Shown here in pieces: positions 18,035-27,755 of a stretch of 64,000 bases of DNA. A program made the translations under genes and the position numbers. Positions within the stretch are counted from its first letter, which is position 1. Every line of letters begins with the position of its first letter. Below the pieces are notes generated by a model, which had not been told where the DNA came from, did no database searches, and saw nothing but the letters and a program-made list of their open reading frames with translations. This DNA is from a virus. Location of the stretch: IMG/VR virus record IMGVR_UViG_3300033075_001734, positions 51,692 to 115,691 of that record; one strand, given 5' to 3'.

Positions 18035-18849
18035 TGAAAGTTTATAACGACAAAGAAATATTTCGTGATATTTTTGCTAGATTTGATGCGAAGGCAAATA
18101 TGGTTCGACCTCGTGGACAACTTGTTCGTGAAGTTGAGAATTTTTCATATGAATTGCCTCCTTATGTTAGATTTCAAAATTTTGCTTCAAGGAAAATGAA
18201 TCTTTCATACTTTAAGCGTGAAATGCTTTGGTATTTAAAAGGAGAAAGATTCGATACAAGCATATGTGATCATGCTAAAATTTGGAAAGATGTCGTTAAT
18301 AAAGACGGGTCCATTAATTCAAATTATGGGCAGTATATTTTTTCACGTAAGAATGATGATACGTCACAATTTGATAATGTCATCAATATTTTATGTGCAG
18401 ATAAAGATTCCCGCCGCGCAAGTATTACGATATTGAATAGTGATCATTTGCTATCTGATACAAATGATGTACCATGTACGTATGCTCTAAATTTTAGAAT
18501 AAGACATAATGAGCTTAACATGTCAGTTCATATGAGATCACAAGATGCAATTTTTGGCATGGGATCTGATGCACCTGCATTTAGTGTTATTCATGAAATG
18601 GTTTTAGAAGCATTAAGAATAAAATACCTATCATTGAAAATGGGTTATTATTTTCATTCTGTTGATTCGTTTCACGTTTATGAACGTCATTGGGGAATGC
18701 TTGAAAAAATAATTGAAGGTGATGATTTTGAAAAAATAGAGTGTCCTAAAATTTCTGGGCCTCAAGAAGTTGAATATATGATGAAGAGAATTCATGATAA
18801 AAATCATAAATCAAATTATGAATTTTCAAATTGGTTGTTAGACGTTTAA
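17998..18849 (+). CDS. thymidylate-synthase-family enzyme, probably a dCMP hydroxymethylase
   Basis: DSRRASITILNSDHL (RRxI..WN-like), catalytic Cys in VPCTYALNF, MRSQDAIFGMGSDAPAF and FHVYERH. Asp sits at the position of ThyA Asn177, as in T4 gp42. Confidence 0.6.
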   Translation: MELDFEDETGNLMKVYNDKEIFRDIFARFDAKANMVRPRGQLVREVENFSYELPPYVRFQNFASRKMNLSYFKREMLWYLKGERFDTSICDHAKIWKDVVNKDGSINSNYGQYIFSRKNDDTSQFDNVINILCADKDSRRASITILNSDHLLSDTNDVPCTYALNFRIRHNELNMSVHMRSQDAIFGMGSDAPAFSVIHEMVLEALRIKYLSLKMGYYFHSVDSFHVYERHWGMLEKIIEGDDFEKIECPKISGPQEVEYMMKRIHDKNHKSNYEFSNWLLDV

Positions 18850-18862
18850 GAAAGGTTTTTAT

Positions 18863-19423
18863 ATGACTTGTATACTTGGTTTAGTTGATGGTAAAACAGT
18901 TTATGTTGGTGGTGATAGTGCAGGAACTTCAGGTGATTTATCGCAAAGAATAATTGGTGATAAGAAAGTTTTTAAACGTGATGCCGTTGTTTTTGGTGTG
19001 TGTGGTTCACCAAAAGTCATGGATGCGCTTATGCATGTTTTAGTTGTTCCCAAACGTAAAACAGGTCAAGATGTTGGTGAATACGTAAGAAGAGATTTAG
19101 TTCCTTCACTAAAAAAAGTTCTTGCAGAAACTGGGTGTGTTTCTAATAATGAACAACATAATGAATTATTTGAAGGTGCAATCATGGTAGGTTGTCATGG
19201 AAAACTCTTTGTAATTGAAAGTAATTTTCAAGTGATTACAAATGCTTATGGATTTGATTCTGTTGGTTCGGGTTCTGATATAGCAATAGGTTCGATGCAT
19301 GCATCAATGAAAGAACGTAATGCTAAAAAACGCATGTTGATGGCTCTTGAAGCATCGTCAATAAATAATGCAGGTGTTCGTCCTCCGTTTACAATTGTTT
19401 CAACATCAAAAGGTCTGTTCTGA
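18863..19423 (+). CDS. HslV/proteasome-beta-like Ntn hydrolase
   Basis: MTCILGLVDGKTVYVGGDSAGT resembles HslV [21 protein letters not shown], with Thr2 as nucleophile. GSGSDIAIGS resembles IGSGG. Confidence 0.55.
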   Translation: MTCILGLVDGKTVYVGGDSAGTSGDLSQRIIGDKKVFKRDAVVFGVCGSPKVMDALMHVLVVPKRKTGQDVGEYVRRDLVPSLKKVLAETGCVSNNEQHNELFEGAIMVGCHGKLFVIESNFQVITNAYGFDSVGSGSDIAIGSMHASMKERNAKKRMLMALEASSINNAGVRPPFTIVSTSKGLF

Positions 19424-19974
19424 TGACATGTATTGTCGGTGTTAATCACAATGGTAATATATACATTGGAGGCGACAGTGCAGGTGTTGCAGGTTTACAA
19501 CTTCAAATAAGATCAGATGAAAAAGTATTCTTAACGGGTGATTTTATCATGGGGTTTACGACCTCATTTAGAATGGGTCAATTATTGAGATATGCTTTCT
19601 CACCTCCGGAACACTCGCAAAAAAAAGATGATATGACATATCTTGTCACAGATTTTGTTGATTCTGTGCGTGATTGTTTTAGGGACAATGGATATTTAAC
19701 AAGAGAGTCTGACGTAGAATCTGGTGGCTCGTTTTTATTTGGATATAGAAATAATTTGTATTCAATGGAAGATGATTTTCAAATTGCAAAATCACAAGCT
19801 AATTTTGCAGCATGTGGATGTGGTGCTCAAGTCGCATTAGGCGCAATGGCCGCGAGTCGAACTCTGGGGTTAACACCAGAAAAAAGAATAGAATTGTCAT
19901 TGCTCGCCGCAGAAGAATTTAGCGCAGGAGTGAGGGGACCATTTACAATTTTAATGTTGCCTAAGGCGGAATAA
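19423..19974 (+). CDS. HslV/proteasome-beta-like Ntn hydrolase (tandem paralog)
   Basis: MTCIVGVNHNGNIYIGGDSAGVAG and CGCGAQVALGAM. ATGA overlap with the previous gene. Confidence 0.55.
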   Translation: MTCIVGVNHNGNIYIGGDSAGVAGLQLQIRSDEKVFLTGDFIMGFTTSFRMGQLLRYAFSPPEHSQKKDDMTYLVTDFVDSVRDCFRDNGYLTRESDVESGGSFLFGYRNNLYSMEDDFQIAKSQANFAACGCGAQVALGAMAASRTLGLTPEKRIELSLLAAEEFSAGVRGPFTILMLPKAE

Positions 19975-20004
19975 ATACGTACAAAAGTAACAAGGAGTCA
20001 ATAT

Positions 20005-20583
20005 ATGCTATCTCAAAACCCAACGTTTAAAGTCATAACAGGTCCAATGTTTGCGTCAAAAACCACGCGTGTGCTCATGATGTTAAATAGACTTAAATAT
20101 CAGGGTAAAAAAACTGTGCTATTCAAGCCAGATATTGACAACAGGTATAGTGATACCGCAGTTGTAACGCACGATGGAACATCTGCACCAGCGTATGTTG
20201 TCAAAACCGGAGCTGACATTATTGAGTGCATATCAAATTTAGATGATACCAATATTGACACCGTTGTTATAGATGAAGCGTTTATGATTTCAGGCGTTTC
20301 TGAAGCTTCATTATTTCTCTATAAAAACGGAATTAACGTGATTATATCAACGCTTGATATATCTGCCTCAGGGAAGTCATTTAAAGAAATTGAAAAGATA
20401 TTACCTTGGGCGACACATATTGAAAAGTGTACAGCAATATGTGTCATTTGTGGTTCGAATGCACCATATACATATAAAAAACTTGTGAACGAAGATTCTG
20501 AAGAAATTCAAATTGGTGGTGACGAACTTTATGAACCTCGATGTTTAACACATCATCCTATCATTAACGAACAAGTAAAATGA
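20005..20583 (+). CDS. tdk: thymidine kinase (TK1 type)
   Basis: GPMFASKTT P-loop and a C-terminal zinc ribbon CVICG...EPRC. An AAGGAG Shine-Dalgarno lies 8 nt upstream. Confidence 0.85.
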   Translation: MLSQNPTFKVITGPMFASKTTRVLMMLNRLKYQGKKTVLFKPDIDNRYSDTAVVTHDGTSAPAYVVKTGADIIECISNLDDTNIDTVVIDEAFMISGVSEASLFLYKNGINVIISTLDISASGKSFKEIEKILPWATHIEKCTAICVICGSNAPYTYKKLVNEDSEEIQIGGDELYEPRCLTHHPIINEQVK

Positions 20584-21107
20584 TTGCAACAAAAAGAAAA
20601 CACATATATGATTCTCATACACATCGTTGTATTAACTGTGGAACAAAAAGATATCAACCTGTAGGTTCACCCGAGATTAATTGTCGCCCAACTTGGCATG
20701 AAGTTTGGATGAACGTTGCGATTAATATTTCTAGTAGGTCGTATGACCCAAGGTTAAAAGTTGGGTGTGTAATTGTTACAGATGATAACACACAGGTTTT
20801 GAGTGTCGGTTACAACGGAAATTATAAAGGCGGGCAAAATTATCCAGAATCATTAGAACCTGGAAAGTCAGGTTTTTTGCATGCAGAACTTAATTCATTG
20901 ATAAAATGTGATTATCATTATCCCAAAAAAAAATATATGTATGTAACGCATAGTCCCTGTGTTGATTGTGCGCGAATTATTTTGAATTCTTCGATTTCAA
21001 AAGTTATTTATAATGAGGAATATCGCAATCTTCAAGGTATTGAATTATTGCGCAATAATGGTATAAAGATTTCTTCGTTACACGATGCGATAATTGAAGA
21101 ACTATAA
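20580..21107 (+). CDS. dCMP deaminase
   Basis: HAELNSL...SPCVDCAR (the HAE/PCxxC zinc motif). Confidence 0.8.
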   Translation: MIATKRKHIYDSHTHRCINCGTKRYQPVGSPEINCRPTWHEVWMNVAINISSRSYDPRLKVGCVIVTDDNTQVLSVGYNGNYKGGQNYPESLEPGKSGFLHAELNSLIKCDYHYPKKKYMYVTHSPCVDCARIILNSSISKVIYNEEYRNLQGIELLRNNGIKISSLHDAIIEEL

Positions 21108-21122
21108 TGTATATTTACTTGT

Positions 21123-21404
21123 ATGAAAACACTTAAAGAAAAAGATGTAATTCGTATTATACGTGAAGAATGGGAAAAGAAAGTTTTTAAGATTGCTGAA
21201 ACAGCGGGCATTGCATTTGATGCAAAAATTAATGGCGAGAAAATGCCATTGATATCGCCTGAATTAAAGGTTATGCATACAAAATCTGGAATACGTTACA
21301 CCGTTGATTCAGTGGGTCCAAGAGATGTAATTCTTCGCACGCCAGAAAATGAAACCTTTCTCGTTGATAAAGACACGCTCGAAAAAGAATATCACTTAGA
21401 TTAA
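21123..21404 (+). CDS. hypothetical protein
   Basis: ORF of 93 aa. Confidence 0.35.
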   Translation: MKTLKEKDVIRIIREEWEKKVFKIAETAGIAFDAKINGEKMPLISPELKVMHTKSGIRYTVDSVGPRDVILRTPENETFLVDKDTLEKEYHLD

Positions 21405-21442
21405 ATTTGAACGTCCTATTTATCTATTAAAGGTTAAATTTA

Positions 21443-22153
21443 ATGTCTACACAGAAAAACTCATTTATTGCTGGCGTTGATATTGCATCAATCGTAAAGA
21501 AAAGTATACGTGAAAATGATACTGGGAAATTACTAGATGAATCATATGTTGCAGAACCAAAATCATATAAACAAGTAAGTGAACTTGTTTCGCAGAAAAC
21601 AAAAACTGCGCACACTGCGCTATACAAGTCTTATATTGAATCGCTTAATGATGTGTCAAATATGATTGACACAGCAGATCGTTCAAAAGCTGATTCAAAA
21701 CATTCAAGTTACAGATCACTTAAACTTGATGAGATTTACAATTTGAATGCAGTTTGGTTGCATGAATTGTATTTCGCAAATTGTTTTGATCCACATTCTG
21801 AAATAACAATGAACACGAAGTCTTATATGAGACTTGAGCGTGATTTTGGTACGTTCGACGATTGGCAGAAAGACTTTATTGCTTGTGCGCTTTCAGCTGG
21901 GAACGGTTGGGCAGTATGCGGCTATAACATTTACTTAAGACGTTTTGTAAATACACTAGTGTCAAATCACAGTCAAGATGTGATGTTGGGCCTCTACCCA
22001 GTAATTGTTGTTGACATGCATGAACACTCATATTCACGTGATTATTCAACAGATAAAAAATCGTATTTGATTGCACAAATGCGCGAATTTCATTGGGACG
22101 TAATAGAAGAGAGATTTGTAAGGGCGGAATCACTTAATGAGGTGTTAAAATGA
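21443..22153 (+). CDS. Fe/Mn superoxide dismutase family protein
   Basis: LERDFGTFDDW...GNGWAV resembles ERDFGS...GSGWAWL, and GLYPVIVVDMHEHSY resembles GLDVWEHAYY. Candidate ligands H(TAHTALY), H(LHELY), D and H are retained. Confidence 0.7.
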   Translation: MSTQKNSFIAGVDIASIVKKSIRENDTGKLLDESYVAEPKSYKQVSELVSQKTKTAHTALYKSYIESLNDVSNMIDTADRSKADSKHSSYRSLKLDEIYNLNAVWLHELYFANCFDPHSEITMNTKSYMRLERDFGTFDDWQKDFIACALSAGNGWAVCGYNIYLRRFVNTLVSNHSQDVMLGLYPVIVVDMHEHSYSRDYSTDKKSYLIAQMREFHWDVIEERFVRAESLNEVLK

Positions 22154-23142
22154 AAATACGTTTAGGTGATTTAAAGAAAATTATTGAAAATGCCTCATTA
22201 AACGAGGTTTCTTATAAGGTTTCTTATACTGAAAAAAATGGAAAACAAGGTTCATCAATTTTTCCAAGTGAAAAATTGGCGCAAATGTATGCAAAAACAG
22301 TAAAAAATGGTCAAGTTGAATTAATTGATTTGAACGCAGGCGAAGATATCACAGTTAAACAAATGCCCCCAGCGAGTTTAGACGATTTGAAAAAAGCGTC
22401 AAAAACTTTTTATGATAATCATCAAAGTAAATACGTAAAACAAAAACCAGCGTCAGGAGACGATTCTGAAGAAGAGCGTTCATATGAACAAGAGCGTGAA
22501 TTATTTGGAGCGCACCGAGCCGCAGGAACTTCATTGGATGATTTTTACAGTGATTTAGATGACATGAAGTCAAATAGACGTAAATCAGAATCAATATATC
22601 GAAAATATGTGAATCGTCTTTTAGAAGAAAAAGACGATCAGGAAAAATTGAATCATGAAGAAAATGATTCCCTGGATACACAAGTTGATCGTTTCTTAGG
22701 TCAATATGAAAGTGAAGCGAAGTCTGTAAAAACAGAAGGTTTAAATTTTCGGTCAATGACACGCCGTTTTTTAAATGAAGCAGAGGATGAAGACAAGTCT
22801 GATGACAAAGAAGACGAAAAAGATGATTCTAAAAATGAAGAACCAGAAGAACCTGAGAAATTAACGTTGGAAGACATAGACATTGCTTCATTCGCAAATG
22901 ATGTTGCAAGATTGGTTGACAATTATGATTCTTTACTTGAAGTTCGTAATACGATTGTACGAAGAGCAAAGAATTTTCTGAATAAATCATATGATGTTGA
23001 TGTGTTAAGTTCGTTTGAAAATTCAATGCAAAATGATCATGATATATCAACAGAAAAATCAAAATATGATTTAGATGATGAACACGTGGCTCCCGATGCA
23101 GAACGTGCAGGTAATGGCGGCGGTGGTGGAGGAAGTGTATAA
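22150..23142 (+). CDS. acidic low-complexity protein with a capsid-targeting-like N-terminus
   Basis: N-terminus MKIRLGDLKKIIENASL, D/E/K-rich, poly-Gly C-terminus. Confidence 0.4.
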   Translation: MKIRLGDLKKIIENASLNEVSYKVSYTEKNGKQGSSIFPSEKLAQMYAKTVKNGQVELIDLNAGEDITVKQMPPASLDDLKKASKTFYDNHQSKYVKQKPASGDDSEEERSYEQERELFGAHRAAGTSLDDFYSDLDDMKSNRRKSESIYRKYVNRLLEEKDDQEKLNHEENDSLDTQVDRFLGQYESEAKSVKTEGLNFRSMTRRFLNEAEDEDKSDDKEDEKDDSKNEEPEEPEKLTLEDIDIASFANDVARLVDNYDSLLEVRNTIVRRAKNFLNKSYDVDVLSSFENSMQNDHDISTEKSKYDLDDEHVAPDAERAGNGGGGGGSV

Positions 23143-23759
23143 TGAAATTAACATTGGGTGAATTAAAGTGTTTAATCAACGAATCACTTAATGGTGGAAT
23201 TCATTTAGTTCGTGTTGGTGGGTTAAGTCCTGTTAAACAATCAAAAGAATCTGCGCCTGAACGATATGGTGTTTGGGCATTTGTTTATCCATATATTGAA
23301 CCTTATTTGTTAGGTGGCACAAACCCTGAAGGACTTTACAAAAAAGGTGATCATGAACGTGAAAATACACGCGCTCATCAAATGAAACGTGAAGGGTTTA
23401 AGCACTTTAATCATAAAGGTGTTTTATACACGCGTATTGCAATTCCTGGTGTTAAAGAAGTTGATGGATGGTTTAAAACAGATGGTATTACTCTGAATGA
23501 TTACATGGGAAAACATTATGCTCAAACGTGGGCAGCTTTACGTAAACCTAAAAGTTGGCAATTAGAAGATCCAAATTTTGTTCAAAAACCTAATCAAAAA
23601 CCCTCATATCCGTTTGGCGCAAATCCTTGGAAGATATATTCAAAAGATGAATTTGAAGTATTCGTTCCTAATCCAGATGAGACAAATCCAAATAAACAAC
23701 GCAGATTAAATGACAAAGGTCATAGAAATGATTTAGATTTTGATAATGACAGCTTTTAA
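23142..23759 (+). CDS. hypothetical protein with a capsid-targeting-like N-terminus
   Basis: N-terminus MKLTLGELKCLINESL. Confidence 0.4.
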   Translation: MKLTLGELKCLINESLNGGIHLVRVGGLSPVKQSKESAPERYGVWAFVYPYIEPYLLGGTNPEGLYKKGDHERENTRAHQMKREGFKHFNHKGVLYTRIAIPGVKEVDGWFKTDGITLNDYMGKHYAQTWAALRKPKSWQLEDPNFVQKPNQKPSYPFGANPWKIYSKDEFEVFVPNPDETNPNKQRRLNDKGHRNDLDFDNDSF

Positions 23760-24081
23760 AGCAAGAACAGATTTATTCCAAGACAGAAAAGGAATTCACG
23801 TAAAAATCAGCAAAACAATTCATGCTGAATTACGTGCTCGTTTGTTTCAACATAACATATCAATGCAAAATGTTTTTGATGAATTTGCCAGACTTATTAT
23901 TACAGATGATATTCGTGCAAATAAGATTATTGAACAACTTGTCATGAGAAAATTAAAAGAATCTTGTGAAGGCCCATCAAAGGCTAAAAAGAGAAAAAGT
24001 ATTCCAATAGATGATCTTGATCACGATGCATTGTATAATATGATTGAGAATGGAGTAGATGATAATGATGACAACTCTTGA
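23740..24081 (+). CDS. hypothetical protein
   Basis: ORF of 113 aa. Confidence 0.3.
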   Translation: MIMTAFKARTDLFQDRKGIHVKISKTIHAELRARLFQHNISMQNVFDEFARLIITDDIRANKIIEQLVMRKLKESCEGPSKAKKRKSIPIDDLDHDALYNMIENGVDDNDDNS

Positions 24082-24319
24082 AAAAATGTTTAAAAGTTTG
24101 ACAACTATTAAGGGACTTGAAAAAATTAAAAGTGACATTGAACATATTGCAACCGCCGTTGTTCATCTTTCATCAGCTATTCAGATGCAAGCTGAGGCAA
24201 TACGTGAATTGTACGCAATTACAGATGCAATCAAAAGACCCGCGCAGCCACAGACAACGTCTTCAGCGCTTGATCTTAAGTTAAACACAGATAAAAAGAA
24301 AAACGTTAAGCCAAATTAA
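24059..24319 (+). CDS. hypothetical protein
   Basis: ORF of 86 aa. Confidence 0.3.
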   Translation: MIMMTTLEKMFKSLTTIKGLEKIKSDIEHIATAVVHLSSAIQMQAEAIRELYAITDAIKRPAQPQTTSSALDLKLNTDKKKNVKPN

Positions 24320-24320
24320 T

Positions 24321-24707
24321 ATGATATTTTTACGAAAAATTTTGACGTTTGTAAAAACGTATTGGAAATACTTTCTTGTAGGGATGGGAGTATTAGTAGG
24401 GTTTGTTTTTTTAGGCAAAAAGAATTTTGATCCAAACGCGATTCAAAAAATTAATGATGCTCATGAAAATGAATTGAAAAAAATTAAAGAACTTCATGAA
24501 AAAGAACGTTTAGAAAATGCTGCAAATTTGAAAAAAATGCAGGATACACTTAACGAAGTTCAAAGACAATATGACATTGAGAATAAAAAACTCGATGATA
24601 AAAAGCGCAAAGAAATTGAAGTTTTAATAAAAGAGCACGGGAACGATCCTGATATGCTTGCAAAAAAACTATCAGAAGCAACTGGATTTGATATCTTTAA
24701 ATTATGA
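24321..24707 (+). CDS. membrane-anchored coiled-coil protein
   Basis: N-terminal TM segment (YFLVGMGVLVGFVFLG) followed by a charged coiled coil. Confidence 0.35.
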   Translation: MIFLRKILTFVKTYWKYFLVGMGVLVGFVFLGKKNFDPNAIQKINDAHENELKKIKELHEKERLENAANLKKMQDTLNEVQRQYDIENKKLDDKKRKEIEVLIKEHGNDPDMLAKKLSEATGFDIFKL

Positions 24708-25279
24708 TATTGTTTATGAAAAATGATGTGTTATATTTTAGTATGATAAAAAAATCAATTGAGAAATTAATCTTGAATGTGTTATTGATAATAACGTCGT
24801 TGTCAACATCAACACTTTCATATGCTGATTTGCCAACACAAATATTACCCGATCCTCCAAGACTTCAACTTACAGAACCAATTATAGGTGAAGTAATTAC
24901 ACCGATAAAGATTGGACAGGAAGCACCTTATACTGGCGTGTTGTTATCACCTAAAGCGGTGGCATCATTAACAGTTCGTTTGAATAATATTCAAGAACAA
25001 ATAAAACTTGAAGTTGATAAAACAAATGGTGAAGCAAACGCAAGATGTGTTTTTAAGTTAGATTCTGCAAAAAATGTTTTTGATACTGAAATAGGTGTTC
25101 TTCAGGTTAAACTTGAAACAAGTGATGCAAAAATTAAAATTCTTAACGAAGAACTTGCAAAACAAAACAATAAACAACCAACTTCGTTTTGGTTTGGTGT
25201 TGGTGTTACAGTAGGTGTTGTAGGTGGTATTTTATTAACATCGTTTGCCGTCTATGCAGTAAATCAAGCTTCGAGATGA
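24704..25279 (+). CDS. membrane protein (N-terminal signal/anchor and C-terminal TM)
   Basis: Hydrophobic N-terminus and C-terminal WFGVGVTVGVVGGILLTSFAVYAV. Confidence 0.35.
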   Translation: MILFMKNDVLYFSMIKKSIEKLILNVLLIITSLSTSTLSYADLPTQILPDPPRLQLTEPIIGEVITPIKIGQEAPYTGVLLSPKAVASLTVRLNNIQEQIKLEVDKTNGEANARCVFKLDSAKNVFDTEIGVLQVKLETSDAKIKILNEELAKQNNKQPTSFWFGVGVTVGVVGGILLTSFAVYAVNQASR

Positions 25280-25354
25280 CGCTTGATTAATTCATCATCA
25301 TCTTTTGGTAGATTTCCTGTAGTACGATTATAAATAGTCTAGAGGGTTATTACC

Positions 25355-25672
25355 ATGTCAGAAGATGAAAAATCAGTTAAGGAAAAGGTTAAATCAACAA
25401 GAGAAGTTGATGTAACAAAAGTGAAAGATTCGTGGCTTTGGATTAAAGACACTAGGGGACATGGATCTGTTACCGTGACATTTGTCACAATTGCATTTTG
25501 GGTAACAACTATTGCATATGTGTTGTCTCTTGTTGAAAAAATTGGTCCGGTTGCAATTAGGCCGTTTGATGTTGGTGCATGTTCTGCATATTTTATTCCA
25601 TTATTGACGCTGTATTTTGGCAGAAAATTCACTGATGCTAAATTTGATATATTGTTAAAGGGCGACAAGTAA
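25355..25672 (+). CDS. small membrane protein
   Basis: Two predicted TM helices. Confidence 0.35.
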   Translation: MSEDEKSVKEKVKSTREVDVTKVKDSWLWIKDTRGHGSVTVTFVTIAFWVTTIAYVLSLVEKIGPVAIRPFDVGACSAYFIPLLTLYFGRKFTDAKFDILLKGDK

Positions 25673-25675
25673 ATC

Positions 25676-26524
25676 ATGAAACAAATTACGGTAAGTGAAA
25701 AAGCAATAAGAGATCTTGTACGTGAAGCTTTAGAAGGGGACGTTGTTATTGATGTCAATGATGTCATTGATCCATCTGCCGCACAAACAAATCCGATCAA
25801 CGCCGAATTTGTTCCTACAACTAGACCCGAACTTGACGTAGCTGTTAAACAGTTAACAAAAGATATCCCGGGTGATAGAATTTCGCCCGCGTATAAATCA
25901 ATTAAAGATGCTATTAAAGCTGACGAAGTTCAGCGTGAAAAGGATGACAAAATGAAAGCAGATGATAAAAAGAAAGCAGTTGAAGAAACTGTTCGCCGCG
26001 CCGTTAGAAAAACATTAAGTGAAATTAATCCTCGATTTGATACGTCATATTCAGGCATGGATTACAGTTCTGGTGATGATGATGATGATGAAGATGATCT
26101 TGATTCTGATAAACCGAAACGAACGTATAAAGCGACAGCCTTAGGAAATATGGCAGACGTTGATGGTGCCTCATTTGAAGAGATTGCAACAGAATTAGGG
26201 TTCTCAGTTGCAGGGGCGAAACAGGCTGTAGATAAGGCGCTAGAAAAAGCCCAATTCATTGCAGCAACTGACTCAGATGAAATGGAAATTATTGTTCTTA
26301 CTACAATGTCAGATTATATCAAAATGCTTGCAAAGACAGGCGAATTGTCATCTGCTGATGTGACACTTTTGAAAGATCACCCAGCGATTGTTCGTGAACT
26401 TGACGGATTCCGTGATTATCTTCATAATTCAATTCGCAGAGCACGAAAAGCAACTGCGGTTGTTAATCCTTTGGGAGAAGCGAAAATGCCTCGCCGAAGT
26501 GGTAAACAGTTACCACGTTCATGA
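25676..26524 (+). CDS. acidic protein with a capsid-targeting-like N-terminus
   Basis: N-terminus MKQITVSEKAIRDLVREALEG and a DDDDDEDDLDSD stretch. Confidence 0.4.
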   Translation: MKQITVSEKAIRDLVREALEGDVVIDVNDVIDPSAAQTNPINAEFVPTTRPELDVAVKQLTKDIPGDRISPAYKSIKDAIKADEVQREKDDKMKADDKKKAVEETVRRAVRKTLSEINPRFDTSYSGMDYSSGDDDDDEDDLDSDKPKRTYKATALGNMADVDGASFEEIATELGFSVAGAKQAVDKALEKAQFIAATDSDEMEIIVLTTMSDYIKMLAKTGELSSADVTLLKDHPAIVRELDGFRDYLHNSIRRARKATAVVNPLGEAKMPRRSGKQLPRS

Positions 26525-26530
26525 TAATTT

Positions 26531-27256
26531 ATGCACGTCGTTTATTGTCACACCAACCTGATTAACGGGAAGTGTTATGTTGGTGTGACACCTATGACTG
26601 CAAAAATTGTTCCTGAAAATGTAAGTGAACAAGAGTTTGCAATTGATTTGATGAACAAACGTTTTGCTCGTCATGTTTATGATGCAACGTCCAGAAATCT
26701 TCCTTATGCTTTTCATTCAGCGATAAGACTTCACGGGAAAGATAGTTTTACGCATAAAATTTTAGAAATTTGTGATTCTCTTGAAGATGCATTCAAAAAA
26801 GAAATTCAGTTTATCATTGATCTAAAGTCACGAACAACAGAAAATGGTTATAACATAAAACCCGGCGGTGAAGGTTGTGCTCCGAGTGTAAGTGCAAATA
26901 AGCGAAAAAGTGAAGGTTTGAAAAAGCGTTGGGCAGTTTTAGGTGCAAAAGAAAAACATAGTCAAGTTATGAAATCAGTTGCAAAAAGATTAGGCTCAAA
27001 AGAAAAGCTCTCAGATATCATGAAAGTCGTTTCTAATCGACCTGAAGAAAAGGCTCGAAGATCTGTAATCGCCAGGACAAAATTTTCGAAATCTGTAATT
27101 CAAATTTGTGCAAAAACAAATCAAGAAATCAAAAAGTTTTCTTCATTAAAAGAAGCAAGTGAACATACGTCAATACGTTCTGTTTATATATCAAGGTGTG
27201 CTCGTGAAATAATTCATGAAATTAATGGATTTAAGTGGAAGTTTGTGAATAATTAA
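26531..27256 (+). CDS. GIY-YIG homing endonuclease (Seg/I-TevI-like)
   Basis: VVYCHTNLINGKCYVGVT (GIY...YIG), NUMOD-like K/R repeats, and a C-terminal GFKWKFVNN resembling the I-TevI DNA-binding tail. Confidence 0.8.
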   Translation: MHVVYCHTNLINGKCYVGVTPMTAKIVPENVSEQEFAIDLMNKRFARHVYDATSRNLPYAFHSAIRLHGKDSFTHKILEICDSLEDAFKKEIQFIIDLKSRTTENGYNIKPGGEGCAPSVSANKRKSEGLKKRWAVLGAKEKHSQVMKSVAKRLGSKEKLSDIMKVVSNRPEEKARRSVIARTKFSKSVIQICAKTNQEIKKFSSLKEASEHTSIRSVYISRCAREIIHEINGFKWKFVNN

Positions 27257-27282
27257 AATTACGAAAGAATCAGAATCAGAAT

Positions 27283-27720
27283 ATGAAATTAACATTGTCT
27301 CAATTAAGAAAATTAATTAACGAAGCTGTTCGTGTTGCACGTGTCGTTGTTGAAATTTCCACCGGACCTAACGGTCTTCCGACGATTACAAAAGAAGCAC
27401 TAGGGAAAATTGCGCCAGAAGCTCTGACTGCTCCAATGAACTCGGGAGAAAATCAAGAAGAACTTGATAAGAATCTCGAGATGATCTGGTTAATTACTAG
27501 CAGGCCAAAGAAGGTTCGCGATCCCGATGCCGACCCCGACGATGACGATGACGATGAGGTAACCTACACGGGTACAAATGAACCTGAATTAGGGGAATGG
27601 ATTGCCGATGCGTGGAAAGATTACGCCGTTACAATTAATGGTAAAAAATGGTTGTCCTATGTGGGTCGTGGGATGATGAATATGGATACATTTGGGACAA
27701 TACAAAAAAACAATGGATAA
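27283..27720 (+). CDS. hypothetical protein with a capsid-targeting-like N-terminus
   Basis: N-terminus MKLTLSQLRKLINEAV and an acidic PDADPDDDDDDE stretch. Confidence 0.4.
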   Translation: MKLTLSQLRKLINEAVRVARVVVEISTGPNGLPTITKEALGKIAPEALTAPMNSGENQEELDKNLEMIWLITSRPKKVRDPDADPDDDDDDEVTYTGTNEPELGEWIADAWKDYAVTINGKKWLSYVGRGMMNMDTFGTIQKNNG

Positions 27721-27755
27721 ATTATGCTTTTTAACAATTACGAAAGAATCAGAAT

